From: a bacterium
GTDB lineage: Bacteria > Krumholzibacteriota > Krumholzibacteriia > LZORAL124-64-63
Direction: 5' to 3'
DNA: 64,000 nucleotides
Assembly: GCA_020049465.1 (NCBI GenBank)
Contig: JAIFKS010000046.1
Span: 3,044-67,043 of the forward strand
A program made the position numbers and the translations under genes. This document shows, piece after piece, positions 18,491 to 27,768 of this stretch. Every line of letters begins with the position of its first letter. Positions within the stretch are counted from its first letter, which is position 1. The notes under the pieces are model-generated. The model saw only the letters and a program-made list of their open reading frames with translations, did no database searches and had not been told where the DNA came from.

Positions 18491-19594
18491 TCAGGACAGG
18501 ATCTCCCTGAGCGCCGCGAGGCAGCGGTCGTTCTCTTCGGGCAGGCCCACGCTGATGCGCAGCGCGCCTTCACCCAGGCCGAAAGCATTCATCGGGCGTA
18601 CGATGACGCCCTTGTGCAGCAGAGCGGTGGTCAACCGCCCGGCGTTGCCGTCGCAGCGCACCAGCAGGAAGTTCGCCTGGCTGGGCACGACCCGGAAGCC
18701 GATCTCCGCCAGTTGTGCGCTCATCCGCTCGCGCTCGCGCTCGTTCCGGCGCGCGCGTTCGGGCACCACGTGCCAGTTCTCCAGGCAGGCCAGCGCCGCC
18801 GCCTGGCTCAGCGAGTTCACGTTGAACGGCTCGCGGGTCTTGTGTAGTTCGTCCACCAGCGAGGGATGCCCCACACCATAGCCGATGCGCAGGCCGGCCA
18901 GCGAATGGATTTTGCTGAACGTCCGCAGCGAGATCAGGTTCGGGAACTCCGAACGCATCGCCAGCGTCTGCGGATAATCCGTCGCCGTGACGTACTCATA
19001 GTAGGCTTCATCGACGGCGACAACCACCCGCGGCGGCACCCGGCGCATGAAGTCCAGGAACTCGTCATGCGTGTTGTAGGTGCCGGTCGGATTGTTGGGA
19101 TTGCAGACGATGACCAGCTTCGTCCGCTCGTCGATGGCCGCCGCCATGGCCGGCAGATCGTGGCGGTCGTCGTCGGTCAGCCTGACGGCGCGACCGCACT
19201 CGAAGTGGACCTTTGTCGTCAGCGCGTAGACGATGAAACTGTGTTCGCTGAAGACGACATTTTCGCCCGGGGACACCAGCGCCCGGATCAGGATGTCGAT
19301 GACCTCGTTGCTGCCGTTGCCGAGGATCAGTTCGTTCGGCTCGACGCCGAGATGGGCCCCCAGCGCCTGAGTCAGGCGAAAGGCCGAGGAGTCGGGGTAG
19401 CGGTTCAGTTCGCGCGCGGCGCGCGCAATGGCCTCGAGCACGGCCGGCAGCGGACCCTCGGGATTCTCGTTGCTGGCCAGTTTGATGACCGAGCCGAGCC
19501 CGAGTTCCCGCCTCACTTCACAGATCGGCTTCCCGGGAACGTAGGCGCGGGTTTCGAGAATTCCGGGACGGAACAGGCCCTTGAAGTCGATCAT
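18491..19594 (-). CDS. hisC: Histidinol-phosphate aminotransferase
   Basis: KLASNENP, GNGSNEVI, CNPNNPTG, DEAYYEY, RTFSKIHSLAGLRIGY. Confidence 0.93.
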   Translation of the reverse strand: MIDFKGLFRPGILETRAYVPGKPICEVRRELGLGSVIKLASNENPEGPLPAVLEAIARAARELNRYPDSSAFRLTQALGAHLGVEPNELILGNGSNEVIDILIRALVSPGENVVFSEHSFIVYALTTKVHFECGRAVRLTDDDRHDLPAMAAAIDERTKLVIVCNPNNPTGTYNTHDEFLDFMRRVPPRVVVAVDEAYYEYVTATDYPQTLAMRSEFPNLISLRTFSKIHSLAGLRIGYGVGHPSLVDELHKTREPFNVNSLSQAAALACLENWHVVPERARRNERERERMSAQLAEIGFRVVPSQANFLLVRCDGNAGRLTTALLHKGVIVRPMNAFGLGEGALRISVGLPEENDRCLAALREILS

Positions 19595-19644
19595 CGCTTG
19601 CCTCCGGCTTCGGTTCGGCCGTCCCGGTTCCGCTGCTGCCCGGG

Positions 19645-20427
19645 TCAGCCGCCATCCCTGGCGCCACCGCCTCGGCGGGGACGCTCCCTGACCTCACCCT
19701 CACCCTTGTCCGATACCGCGCGGCGCAGGTCCGCGATCTCGGCCGCCGTCAGCCGTCTGAAGTCGCCGGGATTCAGCAGTCCGATCGCGACCGGTCCGAC
19801 CGCCACCCGGTGCAGTCGGATCACCTTGTGACCGACGGCCGCGAACATCCGCCGGATCTGGCGCTTGCGTCCCTCGTGCAACTCGACCACCCAATGGCGG
19901 CCGTCGGCGCGGTGGCCGGGACGCATCCGGCATGGCCGGCAGGGCCGACCGTCCAGTTCGATCTTCCCGCCCGTCAGCGTCGGCAGCAACGCGTCGGGCA
20001 GCACTTCGGCAAGCTGGACCTCGTACGTCTTCCAGACCCCGGACTTCGGACGGCACAATTTCTCGTTCAGCGCGCCGTCGTCCGTCCAAAGGAGCAACCC
20101 CGTGGTCGCCTGGTCAAGGCGGCCGATGGGCACGAAGCGGTCCGGCAGGGCGGCGCGCCGGCGCCACTCCTCCAGGGAGTCCTGTCCGCTCTGGGATTTG
20201 AGGGTGCAGACCACGCCGAGAGGTTTGTGGAAGGCATAGACGCGGATGTCGTCGGGCAGCTCCAGGGGGCTTCCGTCGACCGCCACCCGGTCGCTCGCAG
20301 GGTCGACACGGCGCCCCAGGTCGGTGACCGTCACGCCGTTGATCTTCACGCGTCCGGCCACGACGAGTTGTTCCACGGCGCGGCGGGATCCGTGCCCCGC
20401 GCGCGCCAGGAAGCGGTTCAACCGCAT
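19645..20427 (-). CDS. rluB: 23S rRNA pseudouridine synthase (RluB/RsuA family)
   Basis: MRLNRFLARAG..SRR S4 domain, GRLD, EGRKRQIRRM; conserved scpA-scpB-rluB order. Confidence 0.85.
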   Translation of the reverse strand: MRLNRFLARAGHGSRRAVEQLVVAGRVKINGVTVTDLGRRVDPASDRVAVDGSPLELPDDIRVYAFHKPLGVVCTLKSQSGQDSLEEWRRRAALPDRFVPIGRLDQATTGLLLWTDDGALNEKLCRPKSGVWKTYEVQLAEVLPDALLPTLTGGKIELDGRPCRPCRMRPGHRADGRHWVVELHEGRKRQIRRMFAAVGHKVIRLHRVAVGPVAIGLLNPGDFRRLTAAEIADLRRAVSDKGEGEVRERPRRGGGARDGG

Positions 20428-20437
20428 GCACCCGTCC

Positions 20438-21235
20438 TCAGGGGCGTCCTGTGTCGGGCTCTTCCGCGGCGTCGCCTTCGGTTTCGTCGCCGAAGTCCTC
20501 GGCGATTTCGCCGGTGTCGCCGGTTTCCTTGTCGGCCCCGTCCGTGTCATGTGCTTCGGCTCCCGTGTGCCCGGTGGTCTCGTCTCCGGCATCGTCGTCC
20601 CCGGTGGTCTCGACGGCCGGTTCGGCCACGGCGGACTCCGGCGCGGCAAAGTACTCCTCCAGCTCCTCGTCCGTCACTTCGCGGCCGATGCGGCTGGCGA
20701 ATTCCTTGAGCTGTTCGCGGTCGTCGAGCACGCCCTCGAGAGCGGGCAGGTCCGGGAGCTGTCCCAGGCCCTTGAGACCGAGGTGGTTGAGAAATTCGCG
20801 CGTGGTCCCGTACAACAGGGGGTTGCCCACCGCCTGCGAGCGGCCCACCACGGTGATGAGGTTGCGCTCGGTCAGCGTGCTGATGGCACCGCTGCTGTTG
20901 ACGCCGCGGATTTCGTCGATTTCCAGGCGCGTGATCGGCTGCCGGTAGGCAATGATGGCCAACACTTCGAGCCCGGCCTTCGACAGGCGCGTGAAGCTGC
21001 GCGACTTCAGGAGATTGTCGACCAGCGGCGCGAATTCCGGGCGCGTGGCGATCTGCCAGCCGCCGCCGAACTCGACCACGGTGAAGGAATGCCCTGCCGC
21101 TGCGTATTCCTGATCCAGTTCCAGGATGCCGGCGCGGATCTCCGCGTTCTCCCGCTCCGGAAAGATCTTCTTCAGCCTCGCGATGGTCAGCGGGCTGTCG
21201 GCAGCGAAGAGCAGGGCTTCCAACTCCCTCTTCAA
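20438..21235 (-). CDS. scpB: SMC-Scp complex subunit ScpB with acidic C-terminal tail
   Basis: LEALLF, LSKAGLEVLAIIAYRQPITR.EI..IRGV, GNPLLYGTT.EFL..LGL. Confidence 0.95.
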   Translation of the reverse strand: MKRELEALLFAADSPLTIARLKKIFPERENAEIRAGILELDQEYAAAGHSFTVVEFGGGWQIATRPEFAPLVDNLLKSRSFTRLSKAGLEVLAIIAYRQPITRLEIDEIRGVNSSGAISTLTERNLITVVGRSQAVGNPLLYGTTREFLNHLGLKGLGQLPDLPALEGVLDDREQLKEFASRIGREVTDEELEEYFAAPESAVAEPAVETTGDDDAGDETTGHTGAEAHDTDGADKETGDTGEIAEDFGDETEGDAAEEPDTGRP

Positions 21236-22596
21236 GATTCCATCTCCCGTTCGCGCAGGCTCTCGGGCTCTTCAACCTCCACATCGTCATCGTCGTCATC
21301 GTCCCACTCGATGTCGTCGTCATCGTCATCGTCGTCATCATCGTCGTCGTCATCGTCCCAGGCGCTGTCGTCGTCATCGTCGTCGTCGCTGGCCGTGACC
21401 GTCTCGGTCTCCACGACGGCGGCGCCCGGAGCGGTCTTCAGCGCGTCCTCGACTTCGACGTCGTCACCCTCGTCGTCGTCGTCCCACTCGACATCGTCGT
21501 CGTCATCGTCGTCATCATCGTCCTCGTCGTCCCAGTCGGTGTCGTCATCATCCTCGTCGTCGTCCTTCGCGTTCGTCCAGCCGGCCGCGCCGGTTTCGGT
21601 CTTCGGCTCGACTTCGAGGGCTTCCGCTTCGAGGGCGTCCGCTTCGAGGGCATTTGCGACCGATGCTTCGTATGCCATGGTGGTCTCCAGGGTTTCGGCG
21701 CCTTCATCGGCGTCGGTGATCGCGCCGCCGGCCGGGCGCTGCAACCAGATCGGGCCGAGCGGTTCGGTCTGGACGAACACCAGCCGGCCGCGCTTGACCA
21801 TTTCCAGGATGGCGATGAAGGTGACCACCACCTCCATCTTGATCGAATCCCCGGCGAACAACTCCTCGAAGCGAACGAGGGAGCCGTCGCCGGTGCGGTT
21901 GGCGATCAGATCGATCTTTTCACCGACCGTGAACGGCTCACGGACGATGTCATGGACCGGCCGCTTGCGCACACGGTCGTAGATGCCGGCCAATGCCGCC
22001 AGCAGGTCGAACATTTCGATGCGCAGCGCCGGCTCGACCGCCTGTTCGTTGGCGAAGGGGAAGCGGAGCTGGCGCATGTGGTACTGGCTCCGCTCGTCCT
22101 CCTTCTCCTGGAAGGCGAGGGCCGCTTCCTTGAATCGCTTGTACTCCAGCAACCGGCGCACCAGTTCGGCGCGCGGGTCCTCTTCCTTGTCCTCTTCGTC
22201 GTCCACGCGCGAAGGCATCAGCATCTTCATCTTGATGACCAGCAGCGTGGCGGCCATCGCGATGAATTCGCCGGCCTGGTCGAGGCTGATGGACTGCATC
22301 ACCTCGATGTGCCGGATGAACTGGTCGGTGATCCGCGCGATCGGGATGTCGTAGATGTCGACCTGATCCCGGTCGATCAGGAAGAGCAGAAGGTCCAACG
22401 GACCCTGGAATCCGGTCAGCTCGATCTGGTAGGCCGCGCTGGAACGGAAGTAGTCGAGTTCCGGCGGCAGGGCGTCGAGATTCCAGCTTTCTGGGCTGCC
22501 GCGCGTCGGGCGCACGGGCGCCACGACGGGCGCGGCGCCGTCATCGCCGCCAATCACGCCGCTTTCGTCCACGATGCCGTCTTCCGGGGCGTTCAT
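21232..22596 (-). CDS. scpA: Kleisin ScpA with a long Asp-rich C-terminal extension
   Basis: FQGPLDLLLFLI, DIYDIPI..IT, EDPRAELVRRLLEYKRFK, VVTFIAILEM. Confidence 0.95.
   Translation of the reverse strand: MNAPEDGIVDESGVIGGDDGAAPVVAPVRPTRGSPESWNLDALPPELDYFRSSAAYQIELTGFQGPLDLLLFLIDRDQVDIYDIPIARITDQFIRHIEVMQSISLDQAGEFIAMAATLLVIKMKMLMPSRVDDEEDKEEDPRAELVRRLLEYKRFKEAALAFQEKEDERSQYHMRQLRFPFANEQAVEPALRIEMFDLLAALAGIYDRVRKRPVHDIVREPFTVGEKIDLIANRTGDGSLVRFEELFAGDSIKMEVVVTFIAILEMVKRGRLVFVQTEPLGPIWLQRPAGGAITDADEGAETLETTMAYEASVANALEADALEAEALEVEPKTETGAAGWTNAKDDDEDDDDTDWDDEDDDDDDDDDDVEWDDDDEGDDVEVEDALKTAPGAAVVETETVTASDDDDDDDSAWDDDDDDDDDDDDDDDIEWDDDDDDDVEVEEPESLREREMES
21270..21567 (-). repeat. Duplicated low-complexity (GAC/GAT)n block encoding poly-Asp with periodic Trp
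   Basis: Two related units, DDD..WDD..D(V/I)EWDDD..DVEVE, at about 21455-21567 and 21270-21390. Confidence 0.9.
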
Positions 22597-23598
22597 CTAT
22601 CCGATGCCCATCGCGTCGTGGACGCGCGCGAGCGTGTCCTTGGCCAGTCCGCGGGCGCGTTCGCAGCCCGCGGAGATGATCTCGTCCAGGCGCGCCGGGT
22701 TCGCCTCGAAGTCGGCCCGGCGTTCGCGCAGGGGCGCGAAGTGGGCGATGGCGCCCTCGGCCAGCTGTTTCTTGCAGTCGACGCAGCCGCGGGCGGCGGT
22801 GCGGCATTCCTCGGCCACCTGCGGCGCGTCCGCGGGCAGGAACTTCTGGTACCAGGTGTAGACGCCGCACACCTCGGGATGTCCCGGGTCGCTGCGCCGC
22901 AGCCGGGCCGGGTCGGTGAAGGCCGGCTTGATCTTCTCGCGGATCTCCTCCGGCGAGGCGGAGATCTCGATGGTGTTGCCCAGCGATTTGCTCATCCGGC
23001 CCCCGTCGGTGCCGGGGAAGCGCGCGAACTTCGTGACCAGCGCCTCCGGCTCGGGGAAGACGTCACCGAACAGGAAATTGAAGCGCCGGGCCATCTCGCG
23101 CGTCAACTCGAGGTGCGGCAGCTGGTCCTCGCCGACGGGCACGGCGTGCGCGCGGTAAGCCAGGATGTCGGCCGCCTGCAACACGGGGTAGCCGAGGTGG
23201 CCGAAGCTGATCTCGCCCCCCAGGTTCAGATCGCGGATCTGTTCCTTGAACGTCGGGTTACGCTGCAGCCGGCCCATGCTGATCAGCATGCTCATCACCA
23301 GGAACAGTTCCGCGTGCTCCTTGATCGACGACTGCAGGAACAGCACCGAGCGGTCCGGATCCAGTCCGGCACCCAGCCAGTCCAGAAACATCTCGCGGCT
23401 GTTGGCGTTGATCTCGCCGCTCTTGTCCAGGGCTGTGGTCAGCACGTGCCAGTCCGCCACCATGAACCGGCAGTCGTAGGTGTCCTGGAGCTGCACCCAG
23501 TTTTCCAGGGCGCCCGTGTAATTGCCCCAATGCAGGCGGCCGGTCGGCCGCATGCCGCTGAGGATGACACGGCGTCCGGCGGATTCTGGTGCGCTCAA
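22597..23598 (-). CDS. trpS: Tryptophanyl-tRNA synthetase
   Basis: [13 protein letters not shown] (HIGH), [22 protein letters not shown] (KMSKS); TTG 23598 follows GAAAGG. Confidence 0.96.
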   Translation of the reverse strand: MSAPESAGRRVILSGMRPTGRLHWGNYTGALENWVQLQDTYDCRFMVADWHVLTTALDKSGEINANSREMFLDWLGAGLDPDRSVLFLQSSIKEHAELFLVMSMLISMGRLQRNPTFKEQIRDLNLGGEISFGHLGYPVLQAADILAYRAHAVPVGEDQLPHLELTREMARRFNFLFGDVFPEPEALVTKFARFPGTDGGRMSKSLGNTIEISASPEEIREKIKPAFTDPARLRRSDPGHPEVCGVYTWYQKFLPADAPQVAEECRTAARGCVDCKKQLAEGAIAHFAPLRERRADFEANPARLDEIISAGCERARGLAKDTLARVHDAMGIG

Positions 23599-23669
23599 GT
23601 CGTTGCCTTTCGGACAGATAGCATGACGGCGCCGATATTGAGGCCGCTCCGGGCGACCACGGTCGCGCA

Positions 23670-23698
23670 ACAGTACCATCGGCCCCCGGCCATGTCAA
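23670..23698 (-). promoter_or_regulatory. sigma-70 promoter of trpS-scpA-scpB-rluB
   Basis: TTGACA-17 nt-TACTGT. Confidence 0.75.
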
Positions 23699-23737
23699 AG
23701 GGCCCCGGGCGAATGTGGGACCCCCCGACCGGGTCTG

Positions 23738-24679
23738 TCAACGCCGCCCCGAGCGCGGGTGCGCCGACCGCCAGGCCTCGGCCAGCCAGGCGCGGTCCAC
23801 GTGGGTGTAGATTTCGGTGGTCGAGATGTCGGCGTGGCCCAGAAGTTCCTGCACCACGCGCAGATCCGCCCCGCCCTCGAGCAGGTGGGTGGCGTAGCTG
23901 TGCCGCAGCGTATGCGGCGACACCGTGGCCGGCAGGCCCGCGGCGGCCCCCGCCTTCTTGATCAGGTTCCAGATCGACACGCGGGACAGCCGTCCGCCGC
24001 GCTGGTTCAGCAGCAGGGCCGGCGTGGGCCTCCGGCCGGCCAGTCGCGGGCGGCCCGACCGCAGCCAGGCGTCGACAGCGGCCAACGCGGGCTCGCCGAC
24101 CGGCACCTGGCGTTCCTTGCTGCCTTTGCCGCGCAGGCGCACGACGGCTTCGGCCGGGTCCAGATCGGTCACGTCCAATCCGCACAACTCGCTGACGCGG
24201 CAGCCGCATCCGTAGAGCAGTTCAAGGGCGGCGCGGTCCCTGAGATCGGGCGGCGTTGAGCCGTCGCCCCAGCCCAGCAGGCGCTCGACCTGCGCGATGC
24301 TGAGCACGTCCGGAAGGTGCCGTCCGCGGCGCGGCGCGATGATCGTTCCGGTCGGGTCGGAGTCGATGCGCCCCTCGCTCTGCAGGAAGCGGAAGAACGA
24401 ACGCAGCGTGGACAACAGGCGCGCGCGCGACGAGGCCGCGAGATCGCGCGCGCTGCCCAGCAGGAATTCCCGCAGGTGGCGGTCTTGGACGGCGCCGGGG
24501 CCGGCCAGCCCTTCGTCCAGCGCCCAGGCGCGCAGCCGTTCCAGATCGTGCCGCTGTGCTTCGAGAGTGGCCGTGGCCAGTCCCTTCTCGATGCCGGCGT
24601 GTCCCTGGAAGTTGTCGATCGCCTCGTCCCAGGCGCGCTCGCGGGCTGTCCGGCGGCCGGCTTCGGCGGTGGCGCTCAT
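23738..24679 (-). CDS. xerD: Tyrosine recombinase XerD
   Basis: [59 protein letters not shown]; ATG overlaps the uvrC stop (ATGA). Confidence 0.88.
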   Translation of the reverse strand: MSATAEAGRRTARERAWDEAIDNFQGHAGIEKGLATATLEAQRHDLERLRAWALDEGLAGPGAVQDRHLREFLLGSARDLAASSRARLLSTLRSFFRFLQSEGRIDSDPTGTIIAPRRGRHLPDVLSIAQVERLLGWGDGSTPPDLRDRAALELLYGCGCRVSELCGLDVTDLDPAEAVVRLRGKGSKERQVPVGEPALAAVDAWLRSGRPRLAGRRPTPALLLNQRGGRLSRVSIWNLIKKAGAAAGLPATVSPHTLRHSYATHLLEGGADLRVVQELLGHADISTTEIYTHVDRAWLAEAWRSAHPRSGRR

Positions 24680-26604
24680 GCGTCCTCCGGGGGGCGGTGG
24701 CCGTCGCGGGCGGCGAAGAACACCATCAGCGCGGCCACGTCGTGCCGGTTGAGGCCGCGGACCTCGCCGAGTTCGGCGGCCGAAGCGGCCCGCACGCGCA
24801 CGACCGAACCGAAATGATGCAGCAGGGCCAGCTTCTTGGTGGTGCCGATGCCCGGCACGAGGTCGAGTTCGCTGGCCGTCGTGCGGCGGTCCCGCAGCAG
24901 GCGGTGGTAGGTGATGGCGAAGCGGTGCGCCTCGTCGCGAACACGCTGCAGCAGCTTGAGGGCCTCGCTGCGCCGCGACAGGCTGATGGTGCCGTTCTCG
25001 CGGTGGATGGTCTCTTCGCGCTTGGCCAGCCCGATCAGCTGCGCGCCGTGGAAGCCGTGTTTCGCCAGGACCTCGCGGGCGACCGAGAGCTGGCCCGCGC
25101 CGCCGTCGACCACCACCAGGTCGGCCGGCAGCCCGCCGGTGGCGGCCAGTTTGCCGTAGTGGCGATCCAGCACTTCGCGCATGCTGGCGAAATCGTCCAC
25201 GCCCTCCACGGTGCGGATTCGGAAGCGCCGGTAGCGGCTCTTGAGCGGCGCACCGCCCTTGAAATAGACCAGCGAGGCGACCGTTTCCCGGCCCTGGAAA
25301 TTCGAGATGTCGAAGCACTCGATGGTGTCGGGCACCGTGTGCAGGTCCAGCGCCTCCTGCAGTTCGACGTCGGCCGGGGTCACGCGCCGCGACGGCCGCA
25401 GATGCCGGTTCACCGCGGCCTGCCGCAGCTTGAGGACCGCGTTCGTGCGCGCCAGGTCCACCGCCTGGTGGCGCGCCCCGCGCACGGGCACCTTCAGCGA
25501 GCAGGCGCCGTCGCGAAGCCGCTGCAGCCAAAGGTTCCAGTCGTCCACGTCCTCCACCGGGTGCGACAGCAGGATCTCGCGCGGGATGTCGCCCGCCCGC
25601 GGATAGTACTCGCGCAGCAGCTGGGCCATGATGTCGCCCAGGCCGCGGTCCAGCCGGTCGGTCAGCAGGAAATGGTGCGTGGTGAGGATGCGGCCGCCGC
25701 GCACGCGCATGACCAGCCCGGAAGCGTCTTCGCCGTCACGGGCCAGTCCCACCAGATCGCAGTCGCCGCTGACGCCCGACACCGGACGGCTGTGGCTGAC
25801 CGTGCGCTCCAGGCGCTGGATGAGATCGCGCTGCTTCGCGGCCTCCTCGTAACGGCGATCCGCCGCCAGGCTGGCCATCTGCGAGCGCAATTCCTCCACC
25901 ACCTCGTCCTCGCCGCCGGACAGGAAACGCACCAGCCGACCCACCTTCGAGCGGTAGCCCTTGAGGTCGTCGTAGCCGACGCAGGGGGCGCTGCAGCGGC
26001 CGATCTGCCAGTCCAGGCAGGCGCGTTCGACCGTCTGCTCCGGCAGTCCCAGGTGGCAGGTACGCACCTGGAAGGCCCCGGCCGCGAACTTCAACGTCTC
26101 GCGCATGGCGTGAACGTCGGTGAACGGACCGAAGTAGCGCGCGCCGTCGCGCTCGAGCCGACGCACCACCTCGATGCGCGGGAAAGGCTCGTTGAGCGAG
26201 ATCCGCAGGTACGGATAGGCCTTGTCGTCCTTGAGACGGATGTTGTATTTCGGCCGGTATTCCTTGATGAGCTGGTCTTCGAGGATGAGCGCGTCGGCGG
26301 CCGTCTCGGTGACGATGAAGTCGAAATCGCCGATCTGGCGGACCAGCGTCTCGGTCTTCGGATCGCGGTCGGCGCCGGACTGGAAATAGGAGCGTACCCG
26401 CTGGTTCAGGCGGGCGGCCTTGCCCACGTAGATGACGCGTCCCTGGCGGTTCTTGTGCAGGTAGACGCCGGGTAAGGCCGGCAGGGCGGCCAGCTTGTCG
26501 CGCACCTCGGCCGGGGCCTCCGGCTCCGTCCCGGGGTCTCCGGCGACCGGTGCGGTGGGCGCCGTTTCCGGCCCATCCGCGAAATGATTGTCGTCACTTG
26601 ACAT
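24676..26604 (-). CDS. uvrC: Excinuclease ABC subunit C
   Basis: GIY-YIG PGVY...YVGKA, PKYNIRLKDDK, ECFDISN, DGGAGQL, RDEAHRFAI, HhH. Confidence 0.97.
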   Translation of the reverse strand: MSSDDNHFADGPETAPTAPVAGDPGTEPEAPAEVRDKLAALPALPGVYLHKNRQGRVIYVGKAARLNQRVRSYFQSGADRDPKTETLVRQIGDFDFIVTETAADALILEDQLIKEYRPKYNIRLKDDKAYPYLRISLNEPFPRIEVVRRLERDGARYFGPFTDVHAMRETLKFAAGAFQVRTCHLGLPEQTVERACLDWQIGRCSAPCVGYDDLKGYRSKVGRLVRFLSGGEDEVVEELRSQMASLAADRRYEEAAKQRDLIQRLERTVSHSRPVSGVSGDCDLVGLARDGEDASGLVMRVRGGRILTTHHFLLTDRLDRGLGDIMAQLLREYYPRAGDIPREILLSHPVEDVDDWNLWLQRLRDGACSLKVPVRGARHQAVDLARTNAVLKLRQAAVNRHLRPSRRVTPADVELQEALDLHTVPDTIECFDISNFQGRETVASLVYFKGGAPLKSRYRRFRIRTVEGVDDFASMREVLDRHYGKLAATGGLPADLVVVDGGAGQLSVAREVLAKHGFHGAQLIGLAKREETIHRENGTISLSRRSEALKLLQRVRDEAHRFAITYHRLLRDRRTTASELDLVPGIGTTKKLALLHHFGSVVRVRAASAAELGEVRGLNRHDVAALMVFFAARDGHRPPEDA

Positions 26605-26626
26605 CGTGGCCCCGCACCGGTATCTT
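26598..26626 (+). promoter_or_regulatory. sigma-70 promoter of rpsT
   Basis: TTGACA-17 nt-TATCTT; the -35 box overlaps the first uvrC codons. Confidence 0.75.
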
Positions 26627-26662
26627 TTCCCGTCTGTGGAAACCCTGACGGAGGTCGTAAAC

Positions 26663-26908
26663 GTGCCCCATCACAAGAGTTGTAAGAAGCGTCTGATCAC
26701 GAGCCAGAAGCGCAACGAGCGCAACCGGGCCAATCGCTCGATGATGCGCGCGAAGATCAAGACGTTCCGCGCCGCCGAGACCGTGGAAAAGACCGCCTCG
26801 CTGTCCGCCATGTACAGCCTGGTGGACGTGCAGGCGCGTAAGGGCCTCATGCCCAAGAAGCGGGCTGCCCGGCTGAAGAGCCGGCTGGCCGCCGCCGCCC
26901 TCAAGTAG
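26663..26908 (+). CDS. rpsT: 30S ribosomal protein S20
   Basis: GGAGG then GTG; PHHKSCKKR...NERNRANRSMMR...KG..PKKRAARLKSRL. Confidence 0.93.
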   Translation: MPHHKSCKKRLITSQKRNERNRANRSMMRAKIKTFRAAETVEKTASLSAMYSLVDVQARKGLMPKKRAARLKSRLAAAALK

Positions 26909-26931
26909 AGAGCGGCCGACCGAATCTTCAC

Positions 26932-26963
26932 GAGGGTCCCTCAGGTCGAGGGGCCCTTTTGTT
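26932..26963 (+). terminator. Intrinsic terminator after rpsT
   Basis: Stem GAGGGTCCCTC/GAGGGGCCCTT followed by TTGTT. Confidence 0.75.
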
Positions 26964-27001
26964 GTGTCTGCCGGCGAAGAACCTGTGTCTGCCGGCGAAG
27001 A
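26963..27001. repeat. 18-bp perfect direct repeat, 21-bp period
   Basis: TGTGTCTGCCGGCGAAGA at 26963-26980 and 26984-27001. Confidence 0.9.
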
Positions 27002-27009
27002 TTTGTCCG

Positions 27010-27768
27010 TCACGCCGACCGACCGAGATCCTCGAGCACGTCCGCCAGCCCGTACAGGCCGCTCTCCCGCGCGGCGACGAAGCGCACCGCCGGCATCACG
27101 CCGCGCAGGAACGCGTTCCGCGACTGCGCCCGGTGGGTCAGCACCAGTGTCTCTTCCTGGTCGCCAATGGTCCAGGTGTGTTCGCCGACCACGCCGCCGA
27201 TTCGCTGCGAATGCACCGGCACCGGCAGGCCGCCGCGGGACTTCTGCCACGCCTCGGCCAAAGTACGGGCCGTGCCGCTGGGCCGATCGATCTTCGCGGT
27301 GTGGTGCGTTTCGACCTGCTCGGCGTCGAAGCCCGTCGGCAGGGTGCGCGCCAGCAGCTGCAGCACCATCTGAAGCGCGGGAATCCCGATGCTGAAGTTC
27401 GTCGCGTGGATCACGGCGTGGTTCGCGGCATGGCGGCGCAGGGCCTCGTGCTGATCCGGCGAGAAGCCGGTCGTGCCGCTCACCAGTTTGGCCTCCAGCT
27501 TCGCCGCACCTTCAAGGAGCCCGGGCAGCGCCGAAGCCAGCGAGAAGTCCACGATCACGCACCCGGCCGGCAGGAACGTCGCCATGGACTCCTGGCCGAT
27601 CACCGGCAGCGTCGCGTGCCCCGCTCCCGCCGGCAGCGTCCGGCCCGGCTCGGTCACCAGGCCGACCAGGCGGCAGTCCGGCGAGGCTTCGACCAGCGCG
27701 GCCACCAGGCGGCCCATGCGACCCTCAGCCCCGTGCACGGCCACCGGCAGCGGCGTCGTCCGGGTCAC
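27010..27768 (-). CDS. dapB: 4-hydroxy-tetrahydrodipicolinate reductase
   Basis: GAEGRMG, GTTG, NFSIG, ETHHTAKIDRPSGTA, GVVGEH. Confidence 0.93.
   Translation of the reverse strand: MTRTTPLPVAVHGAEGRMGRLVAALVEASPDCRLVGLVTEPGRTLPAGAGHATLPVIGQESMATFLPAGCVIVDFSLASALPGLLEGAAKLEAKLVSGTTGFSPDQHEALRRHAANHAVIHATNFSIGIPALQMVLQLLARTLPTGFDAEQVETHHTAKIDRPSGTARTLAEAWQKSRGGLPVPVHSQRIGGVVGEHTWTIGDQEETLVLTHRAQSRNAFLRGVMPAVRFVAARESGLYGLADVLEDLGRSA

Noticed and set aside
21270-21567. Repeat region as CRISPR or non-coding microsatellite
   Set aside because: In-frame Asp codons inside scpA; no repeat-spacer structure and no cas genes
24680-25531. N-terminal extension of the 597-aa XerD ORF
   Set aside because: Overlaps uvrC out of frame; ATG 24679 has GGAGG and gives a normal-length XerD
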